From a virus: a stretch of 64,000 nt of DNA. Shown one piece after another: positions 1-8,971 of this stretch. The notes beneath the pieces are model-generated. The model was not told where the DNA came from, ran no database searches, and was given only the letters and a program-made list of their open reading frames with translations. The DNA lies in the IMG/VR virus record IMGVR_UViG_3300027797_000013, positions 32,001 to 96,000 of that record. One strand, 5' to 3'. Position numbers and translations under genes: made by a program. How positions within the stretch are numbered: the stretch's first letter is position 1; the number at the start of each line of letters is the position of its first letter.

Positions 1-762
1 AATAATATCTTCAAGCTGATCTTCATTGACTTCTGAATCGATAAGATCAGCTAAGAGCTCTTTAGGTTTAAAGGTCATTCCAATCTCTTGCAAGTACCTA
101 ATACCCTTAAGACCAGCGACAACTGGATTTGAAGTATCTACACTACGAATACTATAATCACCCTTATACGCTCTCATCTCAATAGGTAATGAGCATCCTA
201 GAAGATGGTGAGGCTTATTATAGTTCCAGTGACCATCACTCTTAAGCATATTAATTAGCTTAGTCCTCCCTTGTGCCATTCGAGTTAGCATTGCTCTCTG
301 ATCTGTACTATCAGTATAAACAATTTTCTGGTACCAGGAGAAGTCAAACGAGATAGCAATATAGTCCGCATTCTCAGACATAAACTTATAACACTCTACG
401 ATATCTTGATAGCTCTTACCTTGAACAGCACCAATCCAAAGACCTGGTAAGTCAGGATACAAATATTTAAAGCCTTTATACGAATCAATAGTAGCTCTCG
501 AATCCTCAAGTACATCAGGTACAATAAAGCTAGTAGGTTTTAGCTCATCAATATAGTCTGCATATTTACCAGCATCAAAAGCAGTCTTGAGCTCAAAGAT
601 AGAGTTATCAAGCATTACTTCATTACCCATTTGAAGACTCCTCTTGAAGAAGTTAAAGTACTCTGGGCTCTTATCAAACAAGTGAACCAAAGCGTATTGA
701 TAATCGGTATGGTACGATACCTCATCTAGGATCGCAATAGGTGCTTCATGAGCTATTAACAT
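1..762 (-). CDS. tRNA-guanine transglycosylase-fold protein (DpdA-like), runs off the window edge
   Basis: Translated by hand (absent from the ORF track): MLIAHEAP...VMLDNSIFE...FIVPDVLED...GAVQG...HHLLGCS...RSVDTSNPV. The motifs occur in the TGT/DpdA order. Confidence 0.65.
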   Translation of the reverse strand, partial: MLIAHEAPIAILDEVSYHTDYQYALVHLFDKSPEYFNFFKRSLQMGNEVMLDNSIFELKTAFDAGKYADYIDELKPTSFIVPDVLEDSRATIDSYKGFKYLYPDLPGLWIGAVQGKSYQDIVECYKFMSENADYIAISFDFSWYQKIVYTDSTDQRAMLTRMAQGRTKLINMLKSDGHWNYNKPHHLLGCSLPIEMRAYKGDYSIRSVDTSNPVVAGLKGIRYLQEIGMTFKPKELLADLIDSEVNEDQLEDII

Positions 763-812
763 ATTATAATTATATAGTAGTTCATTTCAAACACCAGTAT
801 TAAATATGGTAT

Positions 813-1397
813 ATGGATACAATTACTACAAGCGTAGGAGGTCTAATAAGTTCTGTAAACGATAAAGTTGATACTATTACGTCTGTCGCTAATGGCATTT
901 TGTGTTTACCGTATATACTTACTGATGGGATAGGTGGTTTAATAAACACTGCTATTAATACGCTAGCTTCTACTCTTAAAAGTATCGCTGCTGGTCTTCA
1001 AGGTCTAATTAATTCAGTAGTAAAGTCTGTGATTGGCAAGATAGTAGGAGCTATAAAGAAATTGTTAGGTAAAATACTATCAGTTTTTGATATAATAAAG
1101 TCTTTAATTAATAAAGTAAAGTCTTTAGTTAATAAAATTAAAAGCGCTATATTTGAAAGAGAAAATTGTAAATTTGTTGCAGCTTCACTCTTTAAGTGTA
1201 TATTAAGTGAAGCAGCTAACAGCATTACAAAGAAAGAAACCGCTATTCCTGATATTACCTCGCTCATCGATTCTAAAACTCAATCTATAGCTGACAAAAT
1301 TACACAGCCTGGTGAATTAATTGATCGATATGTAGATAAAGCATCTAATATGGCATCACGAGCTACTACTGCGGTTAATTCTTTATCTTTATTTTAA
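813..1397 (+). CDS. putative baseplate/tail-associated helical protein
   Basis: Amphipathic helical repeats; abuts the spike gene; TAAATA upstream. Confidence 0.45.
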   Translation: MDTITTSVGGLISSVNDKVDTITSVANGILCLPYILTDGIGGLINTAINTLASTLKSIAAGLQGLINSVVKSVIGKIVGAIKKLLGKILSVFDIIKSLINKVKSLVNKIKSAIFERENCKFVAASLFKCILSEAANSITKKETAIPDITSLIDSKTQSIADKITQPGELIDRYVDKASNMASRATTAVNSLSLF

Positions 1398-2072
1398 ATG
1401 AGTAAGTTACACGGTCTTTATAAAGGTGTTGTTGTTTTTGACAGTGATGTAGCTGACACAACGAACACATCTGGCGCAGCAGGTAGAGTTAAGGTTAAGG
1501 TTGAAGGTGTAAGTTATTCATCTAATAAATCTGAATCATATAGATTTCCTAGAGGTAGAAACGTTACTGGTGGTATACTACCTGAAAACATTGAATATCT
1601 TAATAGCTTTGAAACTTGGGCATATGTAAGCTCACCTGTTATGGGTGAAAGTTCTATGGGTAAATATAATGCATCGCGTGATGCAGCTAGTATATCAGAC
1701 TCATCGGACATATCCTTATTTGGTATTAACGGTAGCAATGGAACCCCACCTGCAGTACAGTTTAATCTTCATTCTGTATCTGATGCTTATGTAGCAGGTC
1801 CTGAAGCTTTAGGTACAACCGGTACTAATACATATGGTTACGGCTATTATTGTGATAATAGATCAAATTGTAGTAAAGGAGTATTTGCCATCCCTACTGT
1901 TGGAACACATGTTGTAGTACAATTCCTAAACGGCAGCAAAAACTTTCCTATCATAACTGGAGTTATAAATTCAACTGAAGATATAAAGACAATATTTGGA
2001 GCTGAGGGCAATGCTGGTCCTGGCTACCCTAACGCGTTCAGTAAGACAGTACAAACAATACCACAAGTTTAA
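1398..2072 (+). CDS. baseplate spike gp5/VgrG-type OB-fold protein
   Basis: GRVKVKV and PTVGTHVVVQFLNGSKNFPIITGVI match the gp5/gpV OB-fold motifs. Confidence 0.7.
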   Translation: MSKLHGLYKGVVVFDSDVADTTNTSGAAGRVKVKVEGVSYSSNKSESYRFPRGRNVTGGILPENIEYLNSFETWAYVSSPVMGESSMGKYNASRDAASISDSSDISLFGINGSNGTPPAVQFNLHSVSDAYVAGPEALGTTGTNTYGYGYYCDNRSNCSKGVFAIPTVGTHVVVQFLNGSKNFPIITGVINSTEDIKTIFGAEGNAGPGYPNAFSKTVQTIPQV

Positions 2073-2074
2073 TT

Positions 2075-3298
2075 ATGGCAGGACCTAATGAAATAAATAC
2101 ATATCGAAATGAAGTAGTTTGGAACCATACAGCTGGAGCTATGGTATTTAACAATACTACTGGTCAAGAGACTGTTAGTATGGCTCATAGAGGCGGTGCT
2201 AGCTTGGTATTCGGCAATCAGACCTCATCTGAATTTCATCCTAACAATAAGCAATCGATCGTTCAAGGAGATAGATATAGCACCGTTAAAGGTGATAGAT
2301 ATGATATGACATATTATGATCGTGAAGACAGAGTATTAGGAGATTTAAAAATTATAACTGGATCACCAGCATTTATATATGGACCAGTTGCATCGATGTA
2401 TATCGAGAAGCAATCTGAGATAGCTGCTGCGCAGTGCTCACCTGAAGACGGTACAATGGGTATAGGTAATAATACAGGGGCAGAGATTGCACCAGGAGCT
2501 GATGTTGAATCTGTGATGTTAAAGAAAGAGAAAGAGTTGATAGAGGTAGCTCAGAATATGGGAGAAGGAGGTACCATACATCTTAATTCCTGCAAACATA
2601 TCAGTATTATAGCAGGTACAACATGCGCTAATTTTGATTCAGGTATAATAAAACCAGAAGGTAGAGTTGTAAGTAAGAGATATACCTACACTGGATTAGG
2701 ATCGTCACCTCAACTAGGTACTCCAGCACCTCCTACTACAGCTCCTATACAGCCAATACCTGTAGGTGTGAGTACGCTTGGTTCAATTAATTTAGAGTTA
2801 ACTCCTATACCTCACTATGAAGATGTTAATACTGCATCAACTATACCCTTTGGTGACATTACTTTAAACGCATCTACAAAGATAAACATGCAAGCTGGCG
2901 CTGGAGGCATAGACATTAAGTCAGCAGGGTCAATGAGATTTGGAGGCTCCGGTATGACTACTATAGGAGGCGCTCAGATCAATATAGGTGCAGGAAGCTC
3001 AGGGTCAGGTAAAGTTAAAGAAGAGCTGGGATGTGTTTATATATTCTCTAAGTATGCACAGATAAAAGGAGAGACTGGTGTTGGTATAAAGGCACCTGCG
3101 ACCATGATAGAATCAGAAGACGTTACTATAACTGGCAATACAATCATTAATGGCGACTTGGTTATAGGTAAAAATCTAATAGTAACTGGAAAAATTACTG
3201 CAGGTGAAGATGTAGTTGCAGGAGGTGTTTCACTGCGATATCATACTCATATAGTAGCAGGGACACTCGCACTAGCTCCTACACCAACATCTTTTTAA
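2075..3298 (+). CDS. baseplate spike beta-helix/needle protein
   Basis: Gly/Ile-rich beta repeats; C-terminal GVSLRYHTH matches the HxH metal-binding tip of gpV/gp138-type spikes. Confidence 0.65.
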   Translation: MAGPNEINTYRNEVVWNHTAGAMVFNNTTGQETVSMAHRGGASLVFGNQTSSEFHPNNKQSIVQGDRYSTVKGDRYDMTYYDREDRVLGDLKIITGSPAFIYGPVASMYIEKQSEIAAAQCSPEDGTMGIGNNTGAEIAPGADVESVMLKKEKELIEVAQNMGEGGTIHLNSCKHISIIAGTTCANFDSGIIKPEGRVVSKRYTYTGLGSSPQLGTPAPPTTAPIQPIPVGVSTLGSINLELTPIPHYEDVNTASTIPFGDITLNASTKINMQAGAGGIDIKSAGSMRFGGSGMTTIGGAQINIGAGSSGSGKVKEELGCVYIFSKYAQIKGETGVGIKAPATMIESEDVTITGNTIINGDLVIGKNLIVTGKITAGEDVVAGGVSLRYHTHIVAGTLALAPTPTSF

Positions 3299-3357
3299 GA
3301 TAGAAATAGTCTTTATATTACAAGCTAAGAACTAACTTGCTTAAGTAAAGATATCAC

Positions 3358-6300
3358 GTGAAAAAAATAACTCTTTTATATATAGTAGCTCTCTTATTTA
3401 CGTCAGTAGTTTGGGGAGCTGTATCCGACATAGTAGTTGGTCAACGCGCAGGTGGAAATCAAAGATTTGTACAACGAGTCGTTACCGGTACTGCAAATAC
3501 TTATAAACCAGTAGGATTCAGCAGCGATGGCACCTTCGAAGCCATATCACAGATCCGAGGAGCAACTCTTGGCACACCTGATGGTCTATCTAATATAGAT
3601 ATAACTACTAATGGAACTATAAGAATAACAGCGAACGGTACTAACTCTATTAATACATCTACACGTAAGTTGTTTAATAGCTCAGGTACAGAGACATTTG
3701 ACTGGAATAGTAATATCTTACAAGGCAATTGGATTGTAGGTGGCAGCTTTAAAGTAGGTAGTAAAATAGTAACCGGCAATGCTCTTGCTACTAATGCTAT
3801 CAACACTTCTGTAGAGCTAAATACAAAAACGGTATCTGCAAACACAACCTTTACTTTCAGCGCGACACCAGCTGTAGGTCAAGTCTTTGACCTTGACGTT
3901 AAAAATTCTGGCGGTTCTGAGATAACTATAACTATTCCCTCAAGTAAAGACGCTTCAACTGGAGCTAGTATTACGAGCCTTAATTTAATAGCTACAACAG
4001 GACGTAAGGTATTAAGTTGGAGATATGACGGTACAGACTATATTCTTACGCGTGTCGGCTCTGGTGCTGAAACTGTTTTCCCTCTTACAACGAATGTAGG
4101 CTTCGGGGGATTTAACGCCAGTAATATAGGTATTGTTACAGCTACTAACTTTGTTGGTGATGGTAGTGCAATAACAGATTTAAATGCAGCTGAACTCGTT
4201 GGCACTATACCTAGCTTGAGTACAGGACTATTAACTACTCAAAAAGCAAGAGCAGTAACACCAGTCGCTGGTGTATCTAATGTTATAGTAACAGATAACG
4301 GAGATACAACTATAACACTTAATGATGCTACTGAGACTCTTACCTACTCAAATACACCACCAGATGGAACAAGATTTGAATATACTCTAACTGGTCAGGC
4401 TACTGATACTACAGTTAATATACCTGAAACATACAGTAATGCTTTAGGTAATTTGAGATCGACTTTTACAGTTCCAGCGCTAAAGAATGCTAATATTGTA
4501 GTTAAGAGAGAAGCTGGTAGATATGTAATGTGGGGTGACCCAGTAACTATTACAGATTATCCAGCTAATACAACCCCTACTGTTGATGGTATATTAGAGG
4601 TAGATCAGAATGGAAGTACTCGTTCAACATTAGGTCAAATAAAAGCTTTAATGCTAGATACTCCAGTACTGACCGGAGGCGCATCTGTTCAAGGTATTTT
4701 AACTGCAACTACATTTAGTGGTAGCGGTGATGATTTAACTAATTTACCTGCTGACCAAATTGTTGGTACTCTACCTGACTTGGGTACTGGTATATTAACT
4801 ACTTCATCTTCTAAGAAAATCTTACCAGTAGCTGGAGTGTCAAATGCTATCAATACTGCTAACGGAGAAACTACAATTGCATTAGACGCTACAACCGAGA
4901 CTCTTTCATACTCTGCAACCCCCTCAACAGGTACATATTTTTCCTATACCCTTGAAGGTCATTCTGCAGCATCAGTAGTTACAATACCTTCAACTTACTC
5001 TTTTGCACTAGGCGGGTTTCGTACATCTTTTACTGCTCCAGCTAGTAAACCTACCTCAATTACAGTAAGAAGAGATGCAGGTCGATATATAATGTGGGGT
5101 GATCCAGTTGATATTGGAGATCTTTCTAATAATCTATCCCCTACTACGGCTGCTAAGTTAGAGATAGATCAAGGCTCAGGAAGCGAGTACATAACATTAA
5201 ATCAGGTTAAAACACTGACATCGACAAGTCCAACATTTACAGGTATTGTAACTAATTCAGGTGCTACTGCTAATACAGCAGCTGCTATGGCAGCTAACGC
5301 GATCGATGTAACACAAGAACTAAACACAAAGACAATTAGTGCTAATACTACTTTTACGTTTACCGGCACACCAGTAACTAATCAATGGTTTGGATTATAT
5401 GTTAAGAATACTGGCGGAACCGCTGTCATTGTAACTTTTCCAAATAGTAAGGATAGTGTTTCAGGAGCTAGTATTACAACATCAACAGTTACAGCTACAA
5501 CAGGTCGACAACATTTATACTGGAGATGGGACGGTACAGAGTATATAATATATAGAGGGACTGGTGACGGAACTTTATTATCAGGAGATCAAAATATTCA
5601 AGGAACGTTAACAGCTACTACTTTCTCAGGTGAAGGTACATTTCTAGATAATATACCAGGATCAGCACTAAACGGTCCGATACCAGACATTGAAGTAGAT
5701 ACTTTAACTACTGATAATGTTAGAGTTATAGTTCCAACAGCTATATCAAGCGGTACTATTGATGTTACGAAAGGGTGGTCATATAAGACTTTAACTTCTA
5801 ACCTAACAATTTCCTTTTCTGATACACCTGCCAACGGTACTATCTTATGGGTTGAGTTTATATGTGATAGTGTTGCTCGTCAAATAACTTTACCCACTGC
5901 TGTTTACTCAGATGAGAGAGGTTCTCAGGTTATAGATTTTACAGTTCAAGCTAATACCCGTCCACTTATATCGTTTATTAAATTAGCTGATGGCTGGAGA
6001 GCTCAAGGCATACCTACACAAATTAGTGATTTAGCTGCTGTTAATTCACCGGACACAACAGCATCAATAGAAATAGATCAGGGAACTGGTAGTAGAAGAA
6101 CAACTCTTGCCAACATAAAGACAGCCTTGTCTCTTGACACTAGCAGGACAGGTACTCACGCTACACCTAGTACAACAACTCCATTAAGTCCAACCTGGAC
6201 TGGACCGTCTCACACAGTTTATTATGGTGCAACTGGTACTATAAACTTACCTGCGGCTTCAGCATACGCTGATAAAGGCATTATAATTTATAATACTGGT

Positions 6301-6480
6301 AGCTTTACTATAACTGTTGATGCATCAGGTTCAGAAGTTATAGTAAGAGATGGAGCAGTACAGACCGGCGGCGTATCGTTCACTCTGTCAACCGGTGCAG
6401 GTAACTTCGTAAATCTAATATCAGACGGTATACGATGGATAACACTTGAATACAAAGGTACTTTAACACAAGGATCTTAA
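3358..6480 (+). CDS. large Thr/Gly-rich fibre/adhesin-like protein with signal peptide
   Basis: GTG start; N-terminus MKKITLLYIVALLFTSVVWGA; two internally duplicated domain types (…AGRYxMWGDPV and …WRxDGTxYI). Confidence 0.6.
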   Translation: MKKITLLYIVALLFTSVVWGAVSDIVVGQRAGGNQRFVQRVVTGTANTYKPVGFSSDGTFEAISQIRGATLGTPDGLSNIDITTNGTIRITANGTNSINTSTRKLFNSSGTETFDWNSNILQGNWIVGGSFKVGSKIVTGNALATNAINTSVELNTKTVSANTTFTFSATPAVGQVFDLDVKNSGGSEITITIPSSKDASTGASITSLNLIATTGRKVLSWRYDGTDYILTRVGSGAETVFPLTTNVGFGGFNASNIGIVTATNFVGDGSAITDLNAAELVGTIPSLSTGLLTTQKARAVTPVAGVSNVIVTDNGDTTITLNDATETLTYSNTPPDGTRFEYTLTGQATDTTVNIPETYSNALGNLRSTFTVPALKNANIVVKREAGRYVMWGDPVTITDYPANTTPTVDGILEVDQNGSTRSTLGQIKALMLDTPVLTGGASVQGILTATTFSGSGDDLTNLPADQIVGTLPDLGTGILTTSSSKKILPVAGVSNAINTANGETTIALDATTETLSYSATPSTGTYFSYTLEGHSAASVVTIPSTYSFALGGFRTSFTAPASKPTSITVRRDAGRYIMWGDPVDIGDLSNNLSPTTAAKLEIDQGSGSEYITLNQVKTLTSTSPTFTGIVTNSGATANTAAAMAANAIDVTQELNTKTISANTTFTFTGTPVTNQWFGLYVKNTGGTAVIVTFPNSKDSVSGASITTSTVTATTGRQHLYWRWDGTEYIIYRGTGDGTLLSGDQNIQGTLTATTFSGEGTFLDNIPGSALNGPIPDIEVDTLTTDNVRVIVPTAISSGTIDVTKGWSYKTLTSNLTISFSDTPANGTILWVEFICDSVARQITLPTAVYSDERGSQVIDFTVQANTRPLISFIKLADGWRAQGIPTQISDLAAVNSPDTTASIEIDQGTGSRRTTLANIKTALSLDTSRTGTHATPSTTTPLSPTWTGPSHTVYYGATGTINLPAASAYADKGIIIYNTGSFTITVDASGSEVIVRDGAVQTGGVSFTLSTGAGNFVNLISDGIRWITLEYKGTLTQGS

Positions 6481-6481
6481 T

Positions 6482-7243
6482 ATGAAACAACTACTAACAT
6501 ATATTACCTGCTTATTATGGATATGGGCACCATTATTACAGTCAGCACCGCTATCAGTATTTTTAGGAGGAGGCGTTATAACAGAGAGTTCACCACCTCC
6601 TGTTGTCTCTACTAATATATCATTTACTAGTTCCACAGCTGGTAGCTTTTCAGGTACAACAAGTCCTAATATAGCATACCCTGAGACCTTGGAAAATGAC
6701 ATCTTAATTGTAGTCTTAGCTGGTGATACAGCTACAAGTTCAAGTGGCACGCCTCCGACAGGATGGACTAAGCTAAATCAAGTAGAGCATGGCACTACTG
6801 GAAATATTCACATTTTTTGGAAGAGAGCTGCAGTAACACCAGTAACATCTGAAGTCTGGACCAATTTGTTATCTGCAGCTACAACAGGTATATTTGCCGC
6901 TCTAGGTTACCGCGGCTGTATAACAACCGACTCACCTATAGATGTTGGACTGACAGGTAGTCAGTCAGGCTCAATATCTTGGTCAACAGGCTCTATAACT
7001 ACAACAGGTACGGATCGAATGGCTATAGGTATATTCGGAGGTGATTTAGTCTCAGGTATATCCTTTACTTGGGGAGCAGGTATAACTGAAAGAATCGATT
7101 ATAATAATAACGGATTTGGTGCATTAACAATAGGAGATATATTAGTACCAGCCGCCGGCTCAGTTACTATGACTACAGCACCAACAATAAGTACAACCGG
7201 AGCACGAGCTATATACGCTCTAAAACCCATACCTGCTAGCTAA
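6482..7243 (+). CDS. secreted beta-sandwich protein (phage structural-like)
   Basis: Signal-peptide-like N-terminus; TPPTGWT motif; Thr/Ser-rich. Confidence 0.5.
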   Translation: MKQLLTYITCLLWIWAPLLQSAPLSVFLGGGVITESSPPPVVSTNISFTSSTAGSFSGTTSPNIAYPETLENDILIVVLAGDTATSSSGTPPTGWTKLNQVEHGTTGNIHIFWKRAAVTPVTSEVWTNLLSAATTGIFAALGYRGCITTDSPIDVGLTGSQSGSISWSTGSITTTGTDRMAIGIFGGDLVSGISFTWGAGITERIDYNNNGFGALTIGDILVPAAGSVTMTTAPTISTTGARAIYALKPIPAS

Positions 7244-7249
7244 AAGTAT

Positions 7250-8968
7250 ATGAATACATTTATTAAAAAACTATTATTTATTACTTTAGTTAGCTTAGTA
7301 ATAAATACTCTTAATGCAGCTAACTACTATGTTAGATTAGACGGTAATGATGCAAATACTGGTTTAGTGAATACAGCTGGAGGGGCCTGGCTAACAATAG
7401 TTAAGGCAAACAACACTGCTCAGCCTGGTGATACAATATATCTCGGCCCTGGTACGTTTCCTGGTGATCCTGAACTACTTACTGTACGGTCAGGTACCGC
7501 CTTAGCTAAAATTACCTGGATAGGGTCTGGTAAAGACATTACCTCTATAAGAGGCTTTAACTTTAAGCACTCTTATATAACTGTAAAAGACTTAACTCTT
7601 ACAGGTCCTAATAGAATATGGGAAAGCTTTGTCACTATCGAGGACTGTATACTAAGATATAGCTATTACTCGCAAATATTTTTTCAAGATGGAAATAATT
7701 ACGCTACACCGAATAATATTATAATACGTAACTGCGAGTCACAAGACGCCTCCGATCTTGCAAACGGTCAACCTGCTATGAGAATTACAGGTACAAATAA
7801 CTTAATAGAAAATATAACTTTTACTACTACAATAGGTGGTGCTGATGTGTTTCATATATTCGGATACAATAATATTATTAGAGGCTGCAAAATATATAAC
7901 TGGTTTTTAAGGCCAGGTTCTACAAATCATGTTGATATATATCAAACCTTTTCTAATAATGGAGAGTTTTCTATCGGACATTTAATTGAAAATAACTTTG
8001 CATATAACTGTACAACTACTCAGCTCGGTAATATAACTGATCTTAGAAATCCAAACGTCAATATTAGAGATTGGGTCTTTCGAAATAATATATACATAAG
8101 AGTTGATAGAGGCATTAATTTGTACTGTCCTGGATTTCTATTTTATAATAATACTTTTTTTGAAACTCCTTTAACACAAACATCTTGTGTTCGAGTTATA
8201 GCTTCAACTGATAGAGGTTCGGCTAATAATACAAAAATGTTTAATAATATATTTTACAAAGGTGGCGTCTCACCATCAAGTGTTAACAATGGATACTTTA
8301 TGATTGAACCTAAAGTCGGGTTTCCTATTACCGGGTTCGAAGCAGATTACAATCTGGTTATAGGTACAGGTGCAGGTACAGTAAAATCCGGAGTATGGGC
8401 CTCATATGGAGCTAATGTTAATTCTCTTAATGGTATTGATCCTCTTTTCGTGCAACCTATAAATCCATCAGAACCAGAGCATTTAAGATTATTAAATACC
8501 TCTCCAGCTATAGGCGCTGCTATTCCACGAAACGATTTATTTACAACAGACTTTTCTAATGTGACCCGCGGCGTTGGTTGGGATATAGGAGCATATGAAT
8601 ATGCAGCTGGTTCTGTACCGTCGGATATTGAAGCACCAGATCTTAACTCAGCAACAATAAATAGTCAAGGTAACCAACTCACTCTAAGTTTTAATGAATC
8701 AGTAGTTCTAGTTAACTCATCTCATTATAGTATAAGCGGACTGACTCTAGGCACTGCTACAGGTTCAGGTACAACATTTAATATACCTATTACACCTGCG
8801 GTAGGCGCTGGTCAATCAGTTAGCTTAAATTATACAGCTGGCACAACAGAAGATCCTGCAGGTAACAATCTACTATCCTTTACTAACTTATCTGTACAAA
8901 ATAACTCAATTATAATTACTACAACTAACGCAAAGCGTAAAGGATTACAGACTACAACTAGACCCTAA
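7250..8968 (+). CDS. secreted right-handed beta-helix (pectate-lyase-like) protein with C-terminal Ig-like module
   Basis: Signal peptide, YYVRLDGND start, Asn-ladder repeats, SPAIG…WDIGAYE, D-x-AGN Ig-like module, basic tail. Confidence 0.7.
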   Translation: MNTFIKKLLFITLVSLVINTLNAANYYVRLDGNDANTGLVNTAGGAWLTIVKANNTAQPGDTIYLGPGTFPGDPELLTVRSGTALAKITWIGSGKDITSIRGFNFKHSYITVKDLTLTGPNRIWESFVTIEDCILRYSYYSQIFFQDGNNYATPNNIIIRNCESQDASDLANGQPAMRITGTNNLIENITFTTTIGGADVFHIFGYNNIIRGCKIYNWFLRPGSTNHVDIYQTFSNNGEFSIGHLIENNFAYNCTTTQLGNITDLRNPNVNIRDWVFRNNIYIRVDRGINLYCPGFLFYNNTFFETPLTQTSCVRVIASTDRGSANNTKMFNNIFYKGGVSPSSVNNGYFMIEPKVGFPITGFEADYNLVIGTGAGTVKSGVWASYGANVNSLNGIDPLFVQPINPSEPEHLRLLNTSPAIGAAIPRNDLFTTDFSNVTRGVGWDIGAYEYAAGSVPSDIEAPDLNSATINSQGNQLTLSFNESVVLVNSSHYSISGLTLGTATGSGTTFNIPITPAVGAGQSVSLNYTAGTTEDPAGNNLLSFTNLSVQNNSIIITTTNAKRKGLQTTTRP

Positions 8969-8971
8969 CAT

